A stretch of DNA of 64,000 bases. Origin: Neodothiora populina. Taxonomy: Eukaryota. Location: the NCBI RefSeq assembly GCF_041146345.1, contig NW_027191413.1, positions 310,001-374,000 of the forward strand. Reading direction: 5' to 3'. Made by a program: the position numbers and the translations under genes. Every line of letters starts with the position of its first letter. Position 1 is the stretch's first letter. Positions 24,961-36,363 of this stretch are shown piece after piece. Below the pieces are notes generated by a model, which worked only from the letters and a program-made list of their open reading frames with translations, had not been told where the DNA came from and did no database searches.

Positions 24961-25875
24961 ATGGCGCCTTCAGCAGTCGAATCAGTCGCTCTTGAGCCCA
25001 CTAACCCAGTACTGGCTGCCAAAACAGCCAAACAAGGGGCTGCACAAGAACTAGACAAGACAAAGACTGCACTCGAACTCATCTGCCAAGGAGTTACACT
25101 ACCGGGCATTCCCAAATATGTATCTTTCGATGCCCAGCGCCGTGATATGCTCAACCACATGGCAGGCGCCTTCCGTGTGTTCGCGCGAAAGGGATACACC
25201 GAGGGCATGGCCGGCCACATTTCACTTCGTGACCCCGAGAACATCCACACTTTCTGGACGAACCCACTAGGCAAACACTTTGGTCTGCTCAAGGCCTCTG
25301 ACATGATTCTTGTCGACTATGAGGGTAACGCCATTGGCGGCAACATGAGCCGTCCGGCCAACGCTGCTGGTTTCCTTATTCACAGTGCTCTGCACAAGGC
25401 ACGCCCCGACGCCAACGCTGCTTGTCACACTCATTCGCCATATGGCAAGGCATGGTCAGCCTTTGCCAAGCCACTTGAGATGCTGAACCAGGACGTAACA
25501 TACTTCTACGGTGATGCTCAGTCTGTATACACCGAGTTCGGTGGTGTTGTCTTCACACAAGCCGAAGGCGACAGACTGGCTGCCGCTATGGGCCCCAAAG
25601 GAAAAGGCTTAATCCTAAGAAATCACGGTCTTCTCACCCTCGGATCAACAGTCGACGAAGCCGCATATCTATTCACGCTCATGGAGCGCAGTTGTCAGAT
25701 CCAGCTTGCCATCGAGGCAGCTGCCGCTAATGGGATTCCTAAGGTCTATGTTCCCGATGAATCCGCCAGGTTCACGTTCGAGACATCAAGCGACCCTGAG
25801 GCGTTGTATTGCGAGTTCCAACCGGACCTTGAGTGGGAGGATGCACAGTGCAACCGCGAGTTCCGCGACATGTGA
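24961..25875 (+). CDS. Class II aldolase/adducin-domain protein (NovR/Mug14-like), 304 aa
   Basis: EGMAGHISLRDPE, NAAGFLIHSALH.ARPD, Zn ligands HTHS and LRNHG. Confidence 0.9.
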   Translation: MAPSAVESVALEPTNPVLAAKTAKQGAAQELDKTKTALELICQGVTLPGIPKYVSFDAQRRDMLNHMAGAFRVFARKGYTEGMAGHISLRDPENIHTFWTNPLGKHFGLLKASDMILVDYEGNAIGGNMSRPANAAGFLIHSALHKARPDANAACHTHSPYGKAWSAFAKPLEMLNQDVTYFYGDAQSVYTEFGGVVFTQAEGDRLAAAMGPKGKGLILRNHGLLTLGSTVDEAAYLFTLMERSCQIQLAIEAAAANGIPKVYVPDESARFTFETSSDPEALYCEFQPDLEWEDAQCNREFRDM

Positions 25876-27394
25876 TCTGGCATACTATTTACCTTTCTTG
25901 TGCCGCGCTCTTTGCCGATGAGGTTGTTTTGCAGCAAGATATGGATTTAACAAAAAGTGTTATCTACTAGACAGAACCCACAGAGACATGTAGGGTCTGT
26001 AGGGGCTGTGAAAAGCTTCCTGTTGTCTATTCGGTCGATTCGGTAACGTAACATTTGACCGCATGGATCATGCTGCCTAGATGTGGCTTTGGCTTCACTT
26101 ATTTTTAACCGTAGCTCTATTGGAGGTAAAAGGGAGAATACATGAATTTATGATACCCGCTGCATTTCCACCTTCCTATGATCACTTGTATTTGCGACAA
26201 CGCCCCCGAAAACCCAGGGGACCAACTCTAGTATCAATGAAACATCGTGAACAGCTTGCAAGAGATGCACTTATATGCATGAGGCCAAGTATGAACGCAG
26301 GTGTACGATACCCCTGTTGCGTGTCTCAGGACTCACGTCGGAATACATGCGTGGTCAAGGATGGCGGTGTAGAGTATCAAAGTCTTACATCTGGGCTCCT
26401 GAGTCGCCATTTTATCACTTTATCCTTCCGACAACACCAGGACAGGTCATGGAAAGAGACTACCTTCACTTGTGCTCGTTGGAGTTACAATGAAGACTCG
26501 TCGAGTCTTGCACTATCCATCTATTGATAACTTTTCAATTGCACAACCCATCGTACACATGGTCTAGCTGAGCGTCAACTCGCAGTGCATGGTTGTAAGG
26601 GCAATATGGTACATCAGGGTGGCTAGACTCCCGCGCGACATCGGAGGCTTGTCAGCTTGATACCGTCCTGAGACAGACCAACGATTGATTTGGCTGGTCA
26701 ACAACATGTAGAAGTGATCGAAGTGAGACGTGTTCTGCATTATCATAAATCCTCTGTTGCATGCAGGATGAGTTGATATGGTATGCTGCAGGTACAAGAT
26801 AACCCCGGTCCGGCCAGCTTGGTCTACAGTAAAGCTGCATGTGGGGTAAGAAAGTCTGTACTTGTACAACATGAGAACAAGAATAGTTGATGAATCAGAA
26901 TAATCTCAAACACGTCTGTGACACAGAGGCTATCATTCAAGATGTCGTCGAAGGCGAAGACATTGGCTCTGAAGATATCGAGATGGCCGGGTTGCATGTG
27001 GACCAACATGTCGATGTCAAATACCTTACCAGAGATTCTTATACACGCTGGCGATGACGAATATTAGCTCAAGCACGGTCGATCCTGATTGATCCTCCGC
27101 ATTGCAGGACAATCAGATGATCAACAACTTACCATCAATTCGAGGTTACAAGTAACACATCATCTTCACAACGAATGAACCGCTCATCCACACCGCCTTG
27201 TGAAACCACAATACACATACACCATCATCCTGGCTCGAATCAGGGGCAAAAGAAGGTCCTATAAATCCCTCTTCCTCCTCGCTCTTGCCATCCTAGCTCT
27301 CACCGTGGCTTTCACACGCATCGGATCACGTCTCTCTCTCTTTCCCTCTCATTTCTCACCCCTCAGACTTCCCTCAGTCAGACCCATAACATCG

Positions 27395-29612
27395 ATGAGT
27401 ATGGCGCCCTCTAAATATCAGAAGCCTCCGCAGCCACCGCCAAGGTTCACGGCGACGCCAGAGTCACTGGCCGCGGACACGAAGCGTATATTGGACCGTT
27501 CTCGAGACCTCATGGATGGCATTGTGAAGGATGTCAAGCCCGAAGATGCTAGCTTCAAGAATGTGCTTTTGCCCATTGCCCTCGATGATAACAAACAGAC
27601 ACTCGAGACGCACATCATCGGCTTCTACCAGGCTGTGTCGGATGACGTGAAATTGCGAGATGCATCCACCGAGGCGGAGAAAGCCATGGACGAATATAGC
27701 ATTGAAGCGTCCATGCGCGATGATGTCTTCAGCCTCGTCGATGCTGCATTCAAGAAGAACGAAGACTTGGATCCCGAAAGCAAGAGACTGTTGGAGAAGG
27801 AGCACAAGGGCTATATACGTATGGGTCTTGGCGTACCAGCTGGACCCAAGAGAGATCGATTCAAGGCTATCAAGAAGAGGTTGAGTGAGCTCAGTATCAT
27901 CTTCCAGAAGAACTTGAACGAGGAACAGGGAGGCTTGTGGTTCACACCCGCCGAGCTGGAAGGTGCATCGAAAGACTTTATCAGCAACCTGAAGCAAGGA
28001 ACCGGAGAACACGAGGGCAAGGTGTGGTTGACGTTCAAGTATCCTGATCTTTTCCCTACCCTCAAGTACGTCAAGGATTCAGAAGTCAGGCGAAAGGTCT
28101 TCATTGCCAATGAGAACAAGTGCAACAAGAACGTCCCCTTGTTCAAGGAGGCCATCGAGCTACGCGACGAAGCTGCCAGAATCTTGGGCTACCCCAACCA
28201 CGCTGCTTTCAGGATCGAAGACAAGATGGCGAAGACTCCCAAGACCGTCGATGACTTTTTGGGAGCTCTGAGGAAAAGGCTTGCACCGGGTGGTGTGGAG
28301 GAAATTAAGAAGCTGAAAGAGGTCAAATCCGCGGACATGAAGAGCCGTGGACTCGAGGCACAAAACGACGGCAACTACTACCTCTGGGATCATCGATTTT
28401 ACGACACGCTCATGTTGGAGAAGGACTTCCAGCTTGACCAGGAGGCTATCGCCGAGTATTTCCCATTGGAGACGACAATCAAGGGCATGATGCAAATCTT
28501 CGAGGAGCTCTTCGGACTCGTCTTTGTCAAGGTGGAAGGAAAAGACCGCGACGCCATCTCCGAGACTGGAAAGGGCGACGACACTGTGTGGCACAAGGAT
28601 GTTCAAATCTTCAGTGTATGGGACGACGAGGGTGAAGGAAGCAGCTTCGTTGGTTACCTTTATCTTGATTTGCACCCTAGGGATGGCAAGTATGGCCACG
28701 CAGCCAACTTCAATCTCCAGAAGGGCTTCGTAGACGAGAACGGCAAACGGAGATACCCTGCCACTGCGCTTGTATGCAATTTCTCCAAGCCCACGCCAAA
28801 GAAGCCATCTCTCCTTAAGCACGATGAGGTGGTTACTCTTTTCCACGAGGTCAGTTGACATAAACATCGCTGTATTTGTACGCTTCAACTGCTAACTTCC
28901 GCAGCTTGGTCACGGCATTCACGATCTTGTCTCTCGCACCACTTTCTCCCGTTTCCACGGCACAAGTGTTGTCCGAGACTTTGTTGAAGCACCCTCTCAG
29001 ATGCTCGAGAACTGGTGCTGGACTCCGTCTCAGCTACGCTCTCTGTCCAAGCACTACTCCTACCTGTCAGACTCGTACAAGCAATCATGGGCGGAGCACT
29101 CCTCAGGAAAGACACAGCCCGCAGAAGTCCTTCCGGACAGCCTGATCGACTCCATCGTGCGCACAAGACACGTCAACGACGCGCTGTTCAACCTGCGTCA
29201 GTTGCACTTTGGCATCTTCGACATGACCGTCCACGAAGCCGAGAACAGCGAACAGATCAAGAACCTGCACGTCTCGGAGACTTACAACAAGCTCCGCAAG
29301 GACATTTCGAAGCTCGATGGACCCGAGGTCTTTGGTCAGGGTTACGACTGGGCCAATGGCCAGGCTACTTTCGGTCACTTGATCGGCGGCTACGATGCTG
29401 GGTACTACGGCTACCTCTCTTCGCAGGTCTACTCTGCGGACATGTTCCACAGTGTCTTTAAGAAGGACCCTATGAACGGCAAGGAGGGCAGACGTTATCG
29501 TCACACCGTCCTCGAGAAGGGAGGCAGTCAGGACGAAATGGAGACTCTCAAGCAGTTCTTGGGCAGAGAGCCTTCCACTGAGGCCTTTTATGCCGAGCTT
29601 GGTCTCTCATAG
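27395..29612 (+). CDS. PRD1: Peptidase M3A thimet oligopeptidase / saccharolysin (MepB/Prd1); intron 28850-28904; possible GUG-initiated extension from 27305
   Basis: YLDLHPRDGKYGHAA, FHE/LGHGIH (HExxH split by the intron), RDFVEAPSQMLENW, FGHLIGGYDAGYYGYL. Confidence 0.93.
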
Positions 29613-29908
29613 GCGGACTTTGTGAAGATTTGACGATGGGTGATATGGATAGGAGACACGTGTGTGTGTGTGGATTGATTCTCACCACCGTTCTTCTGAA
29701 TCAAAAAAAATCTTGTCCTTGAACTTTGCTTCAGGTAGCGACTGCGAACGGTGACAGTATTGGACTGTACAATAAGGAGATATATATGATCATTTCCATG
29801 ACTTTTGTGCCTCCTTGTTACTAATCTCCCTGTACTTGACATAAAAGCCCCGACAGCCCTGGCTCTAGTCGATATGCGTGATCTCTATGTTCACAGCACC
29901 TCCGCCCT

Positions 29909-30875
29909 TCAGCGCTTCAGTATGCCCATATGCAACACGAATCCACTATTCTCCCTCAATTCAGGCGTCAGCACATCATCAGGCACCCTCCACGTCCTAA
30001 AAGCGCGACCAAACTCAGCCAACCACTCCTCAAAGACATCAGGCTGCCTCAACTGCTGCGCAACGACGCACACAGTTGGCTTGTCGTCACTATTGTCATC
30101 GCTCCCCCTCATCCGACAGACATCCATGCACGTCTGCACGAACGGCTTTATCAGCGCATAATTATAGATGCAATCGCAGGCAACGACCAGATCAACTCCT
30201 TTCCGCGACGCATCATTCGATCTCAGAAGCGATTGCACGTCGTCCGTCTCCCAGTCTAGGGGCAAGACGTCGACGTTACGCGCAGCTTCGACCTTGACCC
30301 TTCGCGGAGTCTTCTGCTGGGCCCTATTGCTGCCGACTTGCGTGATGCTGTTTGCAACGATGTTCTCTCGCAGCAGCTTGAGAGCGTACGACTGGTCGGT
30401 CGCGATGTAGTGTTTTATCAGAGGCGCCAGCAGCGCCGGAACGACACCCGCTATTCCTGCCCCGATCTCCAGCACAGTAGAGTTTTGAGACAGGACTGAG
30501 GTCCTGAAGAGTAGATTATCGGGAGAAGCAAGCCATGTGGCAAAGCGCGGCGTCACTTTCCATACCACGGCGCCGGTTGTCCCGCCCTCGCGCGTCGAGT
30601 TCAGCACAGTCGGGGCTTGTCTGATGGTCAGGTCTCGTTTGCCGATTGTGAGTGCGAGAAGCGGGGCGCGGTCGTCGATTATGCCTAGGTTTTGCGACGA
30701 GGGTGTCTCTTGCGAGAAGAGGAGGAAGGTTTCTGTGTGACTTACCTGTTACCTTCCTGTTTTCTTATTTTTCTGTTGTGAGGATGGCCGCTATTCTCTT
30801 TTATGTTGTTTATTTACCTTCTGAGGCGTCTTCTACCTCGTCACCGAGTTGGGTTATTAATTCTAGGTGAGCCAT
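29909..30875 (-). CDS. RKM5: Ribosomal lysine N-methyltransferase 5-like (Methyltransf_16); exons 30875-30818, 30732-29909
   Basis: EETFLLFSQ...NLG, R.GGTTGAVVW, VLEIGAG, ATDQ, LDWE, ACDCIYN, QQLR. Confidence 0.82.
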
Positions 30876-31302
30876 GCTAGTGTTTGTGTGCAGATCAAAT
30901 CAATTCTTGATGACTTGTGAATGTGCTGGATGCAGGTTGAAGAATTGCAAGCTCCAGAGCTACAGACAGTATCATGTAATTATCCGGACGTTCGCGTACA
31001 CAGAGCTGCCACAGCTGACTTGAGAGCCACTTCAGTCAATTGATTAATTAATCTAAAAAACAATTCAAGACTCAAAAGCCAAAAGAGGGGCACAAGAGGG
31101 GCATTTTCCCTCCGTGCTCGGAGACTTGGCGGGGAGCCCAGGAACTTTTTTGTAGTGTCAAGCGTCATGGAACAGAAGGAACAGTGGAGTGGAAACAGAA
31201 AACAGAAGGGACGTGAGGCGGTTACCTTAATTTTTGGCCTGGACGCTGGACGCTGGACGGCGGACAGGCGGGCGAAGTCAAATCTCCTTCTCCCATAAGC
31301 GC

Positions 31303-31308
31303 TGACTC
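31303..31308 (+). promoter_or_regulatory. TGACTC, candidate Gcn4/CpcA element in the RKM5-MTHFR divergent promoter
   Basis: 6-mer match ~300 nt upstream of an amino-acid-pathway gene; weak on its own. Confidence 0.25.
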
Positions 31309-31603
31309 TCTATCTAAGTCTGATCCTCTCTTCTCCCTCTCTCTTTTCCTCTTCCCATATATGCAGCGAATCCTCGCAGACCGTTGGGCGCGTAAAAGAT
31401 ATTTCGGATAGTGGGTTGTTGCTGTTTTCTGTGTGATCTTAGTGTGGGAGGAGAAAAAAGATTTTATTCTGACCATCTCATTGCATTTCATTTTCATTCA
31501 TCTTCATTTCATCGCTGTCTCTTCTCGGATCTCCAGTAGTGTCTCTATAACACATTGCACAGCATCTGCAGTACTGCGGAGACCAGCTCGATAGTCCTAC
31601 ATC

Positions 31604-33531
31604 ATGCATATCTCACAGAAGCTCTCCCAGACGGCGGAGCAGAAGAAGCCTACGTACTCGTTTGAGTTCTTCCCGCCAAAGACCGCACAGGGTGTGCAGA
31701 ATCTCTATGATCGCATGGACCGCATGCACAGCTTCGGCCCTACCTTCATTGATATCACATGGGGAGCTGGTGGTCGTCACGCCTCGTTGACCTGCGAGAT
31801 GGTCAAGGTCGCCCAATCCGTCCACGGTCTCGAAACGTGCATGCACTTGACTTGCACTGATATGCCCAGGAGCAAGATCGACGATGCTCTGAAGGAGGCT
31901 TACAACGCTGGTTGCACAAACATTCTCGCCCTGAGAGGCGACCCCCCCCGTGAAAAGGAAAAGTGGGAGGCAACTACGGGTGGCTTCAGATATGCAAAGG
32001 ATCTCGTCAAATACATCAAGGAGCAGTACGGCGATCACTTCGACATTGGTGTGGCTGGATACCCCGAAGGCTGCGACGATCAGGATGACCCGGTCTTGCT
32101 CATTGAGCACTTGAAAGAGAAGGTGGACTTGGGCGGAACCTTCATTGTGACACAGATGTTCTACAATGCCGATATCTTCCTCGACTGGGTGAAGAAGGTG
32201 CGCGCTGCTGGGATCACTGTGCCTATTGTTCCAGGTATCATGCCAATTCACACCCACGCCGCTTTTATTAGAAGAGCAAACTGGACCAAGTGCGACGTCC
32301 CACAAGCCTGGTACGACGCTCTGGACCCTATCAAGAACGATGATGCTGCAGTCAGAGAGGTTGGCAAAGGTCTCATCGCGGATATGTGTCGCAAACTGCT
32401 CGACAACGGCATCTACCACCTTCACTTCTACACCATGAACTTGGCTCAATCCACCCGCATGGTGCTAGAAGAGCTTGAAATCACCCCCTCTCAACAAGAT
32501 CCATTGGAAAAGCCTCTGCCTTGGAGACCTTCACTCGGCCTGGGCCGTCGTGAGGAGAACGTCCGACCCATCTTCTGGCGCAACAGAAACAGATCATACA
32601 TTGCCCGCACTCAGGACTGGGACGAATTTCCCAATGGTCGTTGGGGTGACAGTCGATCTCCTGCATACGGTGAGCTCGATACATATGGCATCGGTCTGAA
32701 GGGTACAAATGAGCAGAACCGCAAGCTTTGGGGCGAGCCCACTTGTCTTCGCGATGTGGCCAATCTTTTCATGAGCTACATGAAGGGTGAAGTCGAGTGC
32801 TTGCCTTGGAGCGAAGCACCCATTTCTCAGGAAGCCGATCCTCTTCGTGATGACCTCGTCAACCTCAATTCCAGAGGTCTCCTGACCATCAACTCTCAGC
32901 CTCCCGTTGACGGTGCAAAGTCTTCTGACCCAGTGCTTGGATGGGGTCCCAAGAACGGCTATGTGTACCAGAAGGCCTACCTAGAGGTCTTCGTATCCCC
33001 TGAGCTGATCGCCGAACTCATCACCCGCATGGAGCGCGAGCCGGACGTTACTTATTTCGCCGTCAACTTGTCTGGTGATTTAAAGACAAACACCGCTCCT
33101 GACAGCGGTCCGAATGCTGTCACCTGGGGTGTCTTCCCAGGAAAGGAAATCGTCCAGCCAACTATCGTCGAGACTGTCTCTTTCCTTGCCTGGAAGGACG
33201 AGTTCTACCGTCTTGGACAAGACTGGAGCGCCTGTTACGATGCCACCAGCCCGAGCAGGTACATTCTCAACGAGATGATGCAGACGTGGTATCTTGTGAA
33301 CATCGGTAAGCTGTGATCCCTTACCGGAGATTTTGGAATGTACTTTGATATGTAAGACTTTGACTGACATTGCTCCTAGTCCACAACGATTTCCGCCACG
33401 AGAGAGGTATTTTCAACCTCCTCCAGGGCCTGGAGGTGCCTGATCTCGACCGTAAGATTTCATTTCCCGAGAACGCAGTCGCCAATGCCGCGAGCAATGG
33501 CGAGAAAGACGACAGCGCCGCGGCTCCCTAA
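31604..33531 (+). CDS. MET13: Methylenetetrahydrofolate reductase (catalytic + SAM-regulatory domain); intron 33306-33379
   Basis: SFEFFPPKT, ITWGAGG, MHLTCT, NILALRGDPP, VAGYPEG, VTQMFY, HFYTMN, WDEFPNGRWGDSRSP, NAVTWGVFPG; last exon VHNDF. Confidence 0.94.
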
Positions 33532-34596
33532 GTAAATGGCACCAAAGCCGACATCGATGGTAGTGCCGCAATGCCAAACGGTACACACAACACTGGTGCA
33601 GGACCTAGTGTTCAGTTCAAGGATTAGATTCCAGACTCTGAATGCTCCGCTGCTTTACACGACCACTCGCATGGGATAGCAGCGAGGGTTCAATGATGAG
33701 ACAAATAGAAAAAGAGAAAAGAAAGAAAGAAGGTGGAACAACTCGACACAGAGTGCTTCTTCAACAAGAAAGCAAAACCAGGGATAGAGAAAAGGCGAAG
33801 AAGAAAGGAAGTTTTATCCTCTCCCTTTGATCTTCATTTTCACGACTGCAGACGAAAGCATTTTCACAGGCGCAAATCACAAACGAGATGATCAAAAGGT
33901 TCTACCCAAAAGCGAGAGATACCCCATTCAACCGGGCTTTTGACAGGAAAAAAGGAAGCGGATTTTTTTTTTGTTATTATTGGTTTTTTCTCTTCTTCTT
34001 AATCTACTGTTTCTAGGTCTTCTGACCTCAAGTCTTTCGTTTTCATATTTGAATGTCTTGCTCATTTTACCTTTGTACCATGACAAGATGTGAGAATTGC
34101 TCGAAACGGGGGCGTTTGTTGAATAGACAGTTATTACAAACGATTTTGTTTCTTGGTTCAGAGTATGTATCGATGTTGCATACCTGGCTGTCTGATAGTA
34201 GATACGCGTCAGTGGCTGGCATGCGCATCATCATGTCTGTATACCAAGCGTCCCTAACATATCTTTGAATGTTCTGCAATTTCTGCAATGACACATCAAT
34301 CACTTCACGGGCTTCTAGGACATTGTTGTATCGGAAAGATGGATCGAGTCCTATCGAGTGACTATGCTATCTCTACTAAAGGTACAGGACGTGCTCATCT
34401 TCAATCCTCTGATAAACACATCCACCGCATCGCCAGCCAAATCGAATTTTTTCGTCAGGTCGTAATGATATCATAACAAAGAAAAGAAAGACTCATAGCA
34501 GCCGAGCAACTCGCTTCACAATCACACTTGCACGCATCGCACGCTGCTGCTGCTGCGAGCACCACGCATGTCGATACGTGTATAGCTGCTCATCGC

Positions 34597-34993
34597 TCAA
34601 CGGAAACAGTTCAATTTGCCAAGAGAGAAGCGGAAAGGCGCGCGTCTGACGCCGTTCTTGTCGACGATGACACCGCCGCCTGCAGAGAGCGGATCAGTAT
34701 AAAGCGCTCGCTTATCAGACGAAGAGAGAGATGGACGTACCCGCGTGCTTGCCGCCCCAGCCTTTGGTCCACATGAGACCCATATTGTCGTCTGGTTCTG
34801 GATATACCTTTGGTTCTAGAGCAAGATATTGGCCCTGGTCGTTGACGAGAGTTGTTGACGATCGGAGAGAATAGATCGCGGTTGGATTAGGTCGTGAGGG
34901 AGCTGTGGGGGTTTGCTTCTTTTTGCTGTTGTTGTTGTTCTTGCTGCGGACGTGGTAGAGACTATTTGCTTTCGCTAGCTGGGATTGGTACAT
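34597..34993 (-). CDS. Small hypothetical protein, 111 aa; exons 34993-34741, 34679-34597; ends GKLNCFR
   Basis: GTACGT donor, CTGAT branch and CAG acceptor join the 92-aa ORF to an open second exon GGGVIVDKNGVRRAPFRFSLGKLNCFR; TATA-like elements upstream. Confidence 0.6.
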
Positions 34994-36244
34994 TAGTGTT
35001 TTGGTTCGGTCGTCGTGTTATGGGCTGGGGTGGTGTTGTGTAGTGTTTTGTGAACAGGTATTATATGGAGATGGATACAAATGTTCCATTGATAGTGCAG
35101 TGGGCTAATGATAATGCAGAATACATACCCCTATGTGGTTGATATATAGCTCGTTTGAGGCAGTGTAATGTCGTCAAGAAATCCTTCGAGGTGCCGCTTG
35201 AGCCGTCAAGTAGAGTTCTTTTGTTGATCAAGATGTGGTAGTCACACAAACGTCAAAGGGTATATAGGTTGTACACAGAAGGACTCAAGGTCAAGAAAAA
35301 GCAACCAGGACGTGCGTTCTTATATTGTATTGTTCTCTACCTATTCCTCTCTGTTCTAGAAAAGTAAAATACCAACTACATCACTGACATACCCTACACG
35401 AGGAGGCGCGCGCGCAGCAGCAACAGCATGGCGCATAAGAGGCGCAGCCTACAACTTCCAACCTGTTTTCCCCCAAGATCAGGGAAGTCACGACCCTTGG
35501 CTGATGTCGTTTGCGAAAAGTTCCCTGGTGTCGTCAGTGATCATCTCGACGCCAAGGCCAAGGAGGTCGGGGGTGGTGGGGGATGACACTCGGTATGTGT
35601 TGTATGCGCCGGGCTACGTATATACCTGCCCTTGCTTTTTCTGAGAACTTCACTTTGTATTTCATACATGATGCCTTACATGTGAGATTGCTATAATTCA
35701 AAATGGCGGCAGTATTCGGTGGCACTCTTCTCGGCGTGCTGTTCAAGAAATGATATCATCTACTCCGTGCGCCTACCTGTAGTATTGCACTCGGGTGCAC
35801 GACTGCTCTTCTGTATCGACAGTCGTGTTCGATAGGATGCAGAGATTTGATTCTCGAGGCGAACTAGGCGAGGTAAATTGTGCAGCCCTGCGACATTATC
35901 ATCATGTCCCAGTGCAGGACCGGTCCATGCCCTGGAAATCGCATTGTAGCAGCAACCCGCCGAGCTCTCCTGGTTCCAAGTTGGATATATTTATCCTGTC
36001 TGGAATGAGTGTCAAAGAACGCTGCTTCAAGACAACTCGCACAGATGCAAGGATAGTGTCACGCAAATCATCAGACCCAAGCTTCCAATATAGGAACCGG
36101 CAACACTCAGCACTTGCCATCTTCGCACATGGACCGGCCGTCTATAAAGATCCTACCAAGATTCGACAATGCTTTGTGGGTTGCAGTTCCACCAAAATCG
36201 AGTCCGCGAAAGAGATATATTTGGTCACATATCAACGATATTTC

Positions 36245-36363
36245 ACGTACGACCACAGGCAGCTGAGAACTGGGCATCCCGTCTGCTCTGCCAGACATAA
36301 GCAGTTGACCGGCAGATTAGTACTACGGTGGGTGACCACGTGGGAATCCCTGCTGTTGTACGT
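36245..36363 (+). rRNA. 5S rRNA gene (dispersed copy)
   Basis: 119 nt ACGTACGACCACAGG...GGGCATCCCGTCTGCTCTGCC...ATTAGTACTACGGTGGGTGACCACGTGGGAATCCCTGCTGTTGTACGT; termini pair (ACGTACGAC/GTTGTACGT); oligo-T Pol III terminator follows; TATA-like element about 30 nt upstream. Confidence 0.95.

Noticed and set aside
22891..25875. Secondary-metabolite cluster around the esterase and NovR-like aldolase
   Set aside because: No PKS/NRPS/terpene synthase, transporter or pathway regulator nearby.
27200..27304. Apparent transmembrane N-terminus on PRD1 from GTG 27200
   Set aside because: The hydrophobic stretch is the translation of a TATAAA plus CT-rich promoter tract, probably upstream of or at the TSS.
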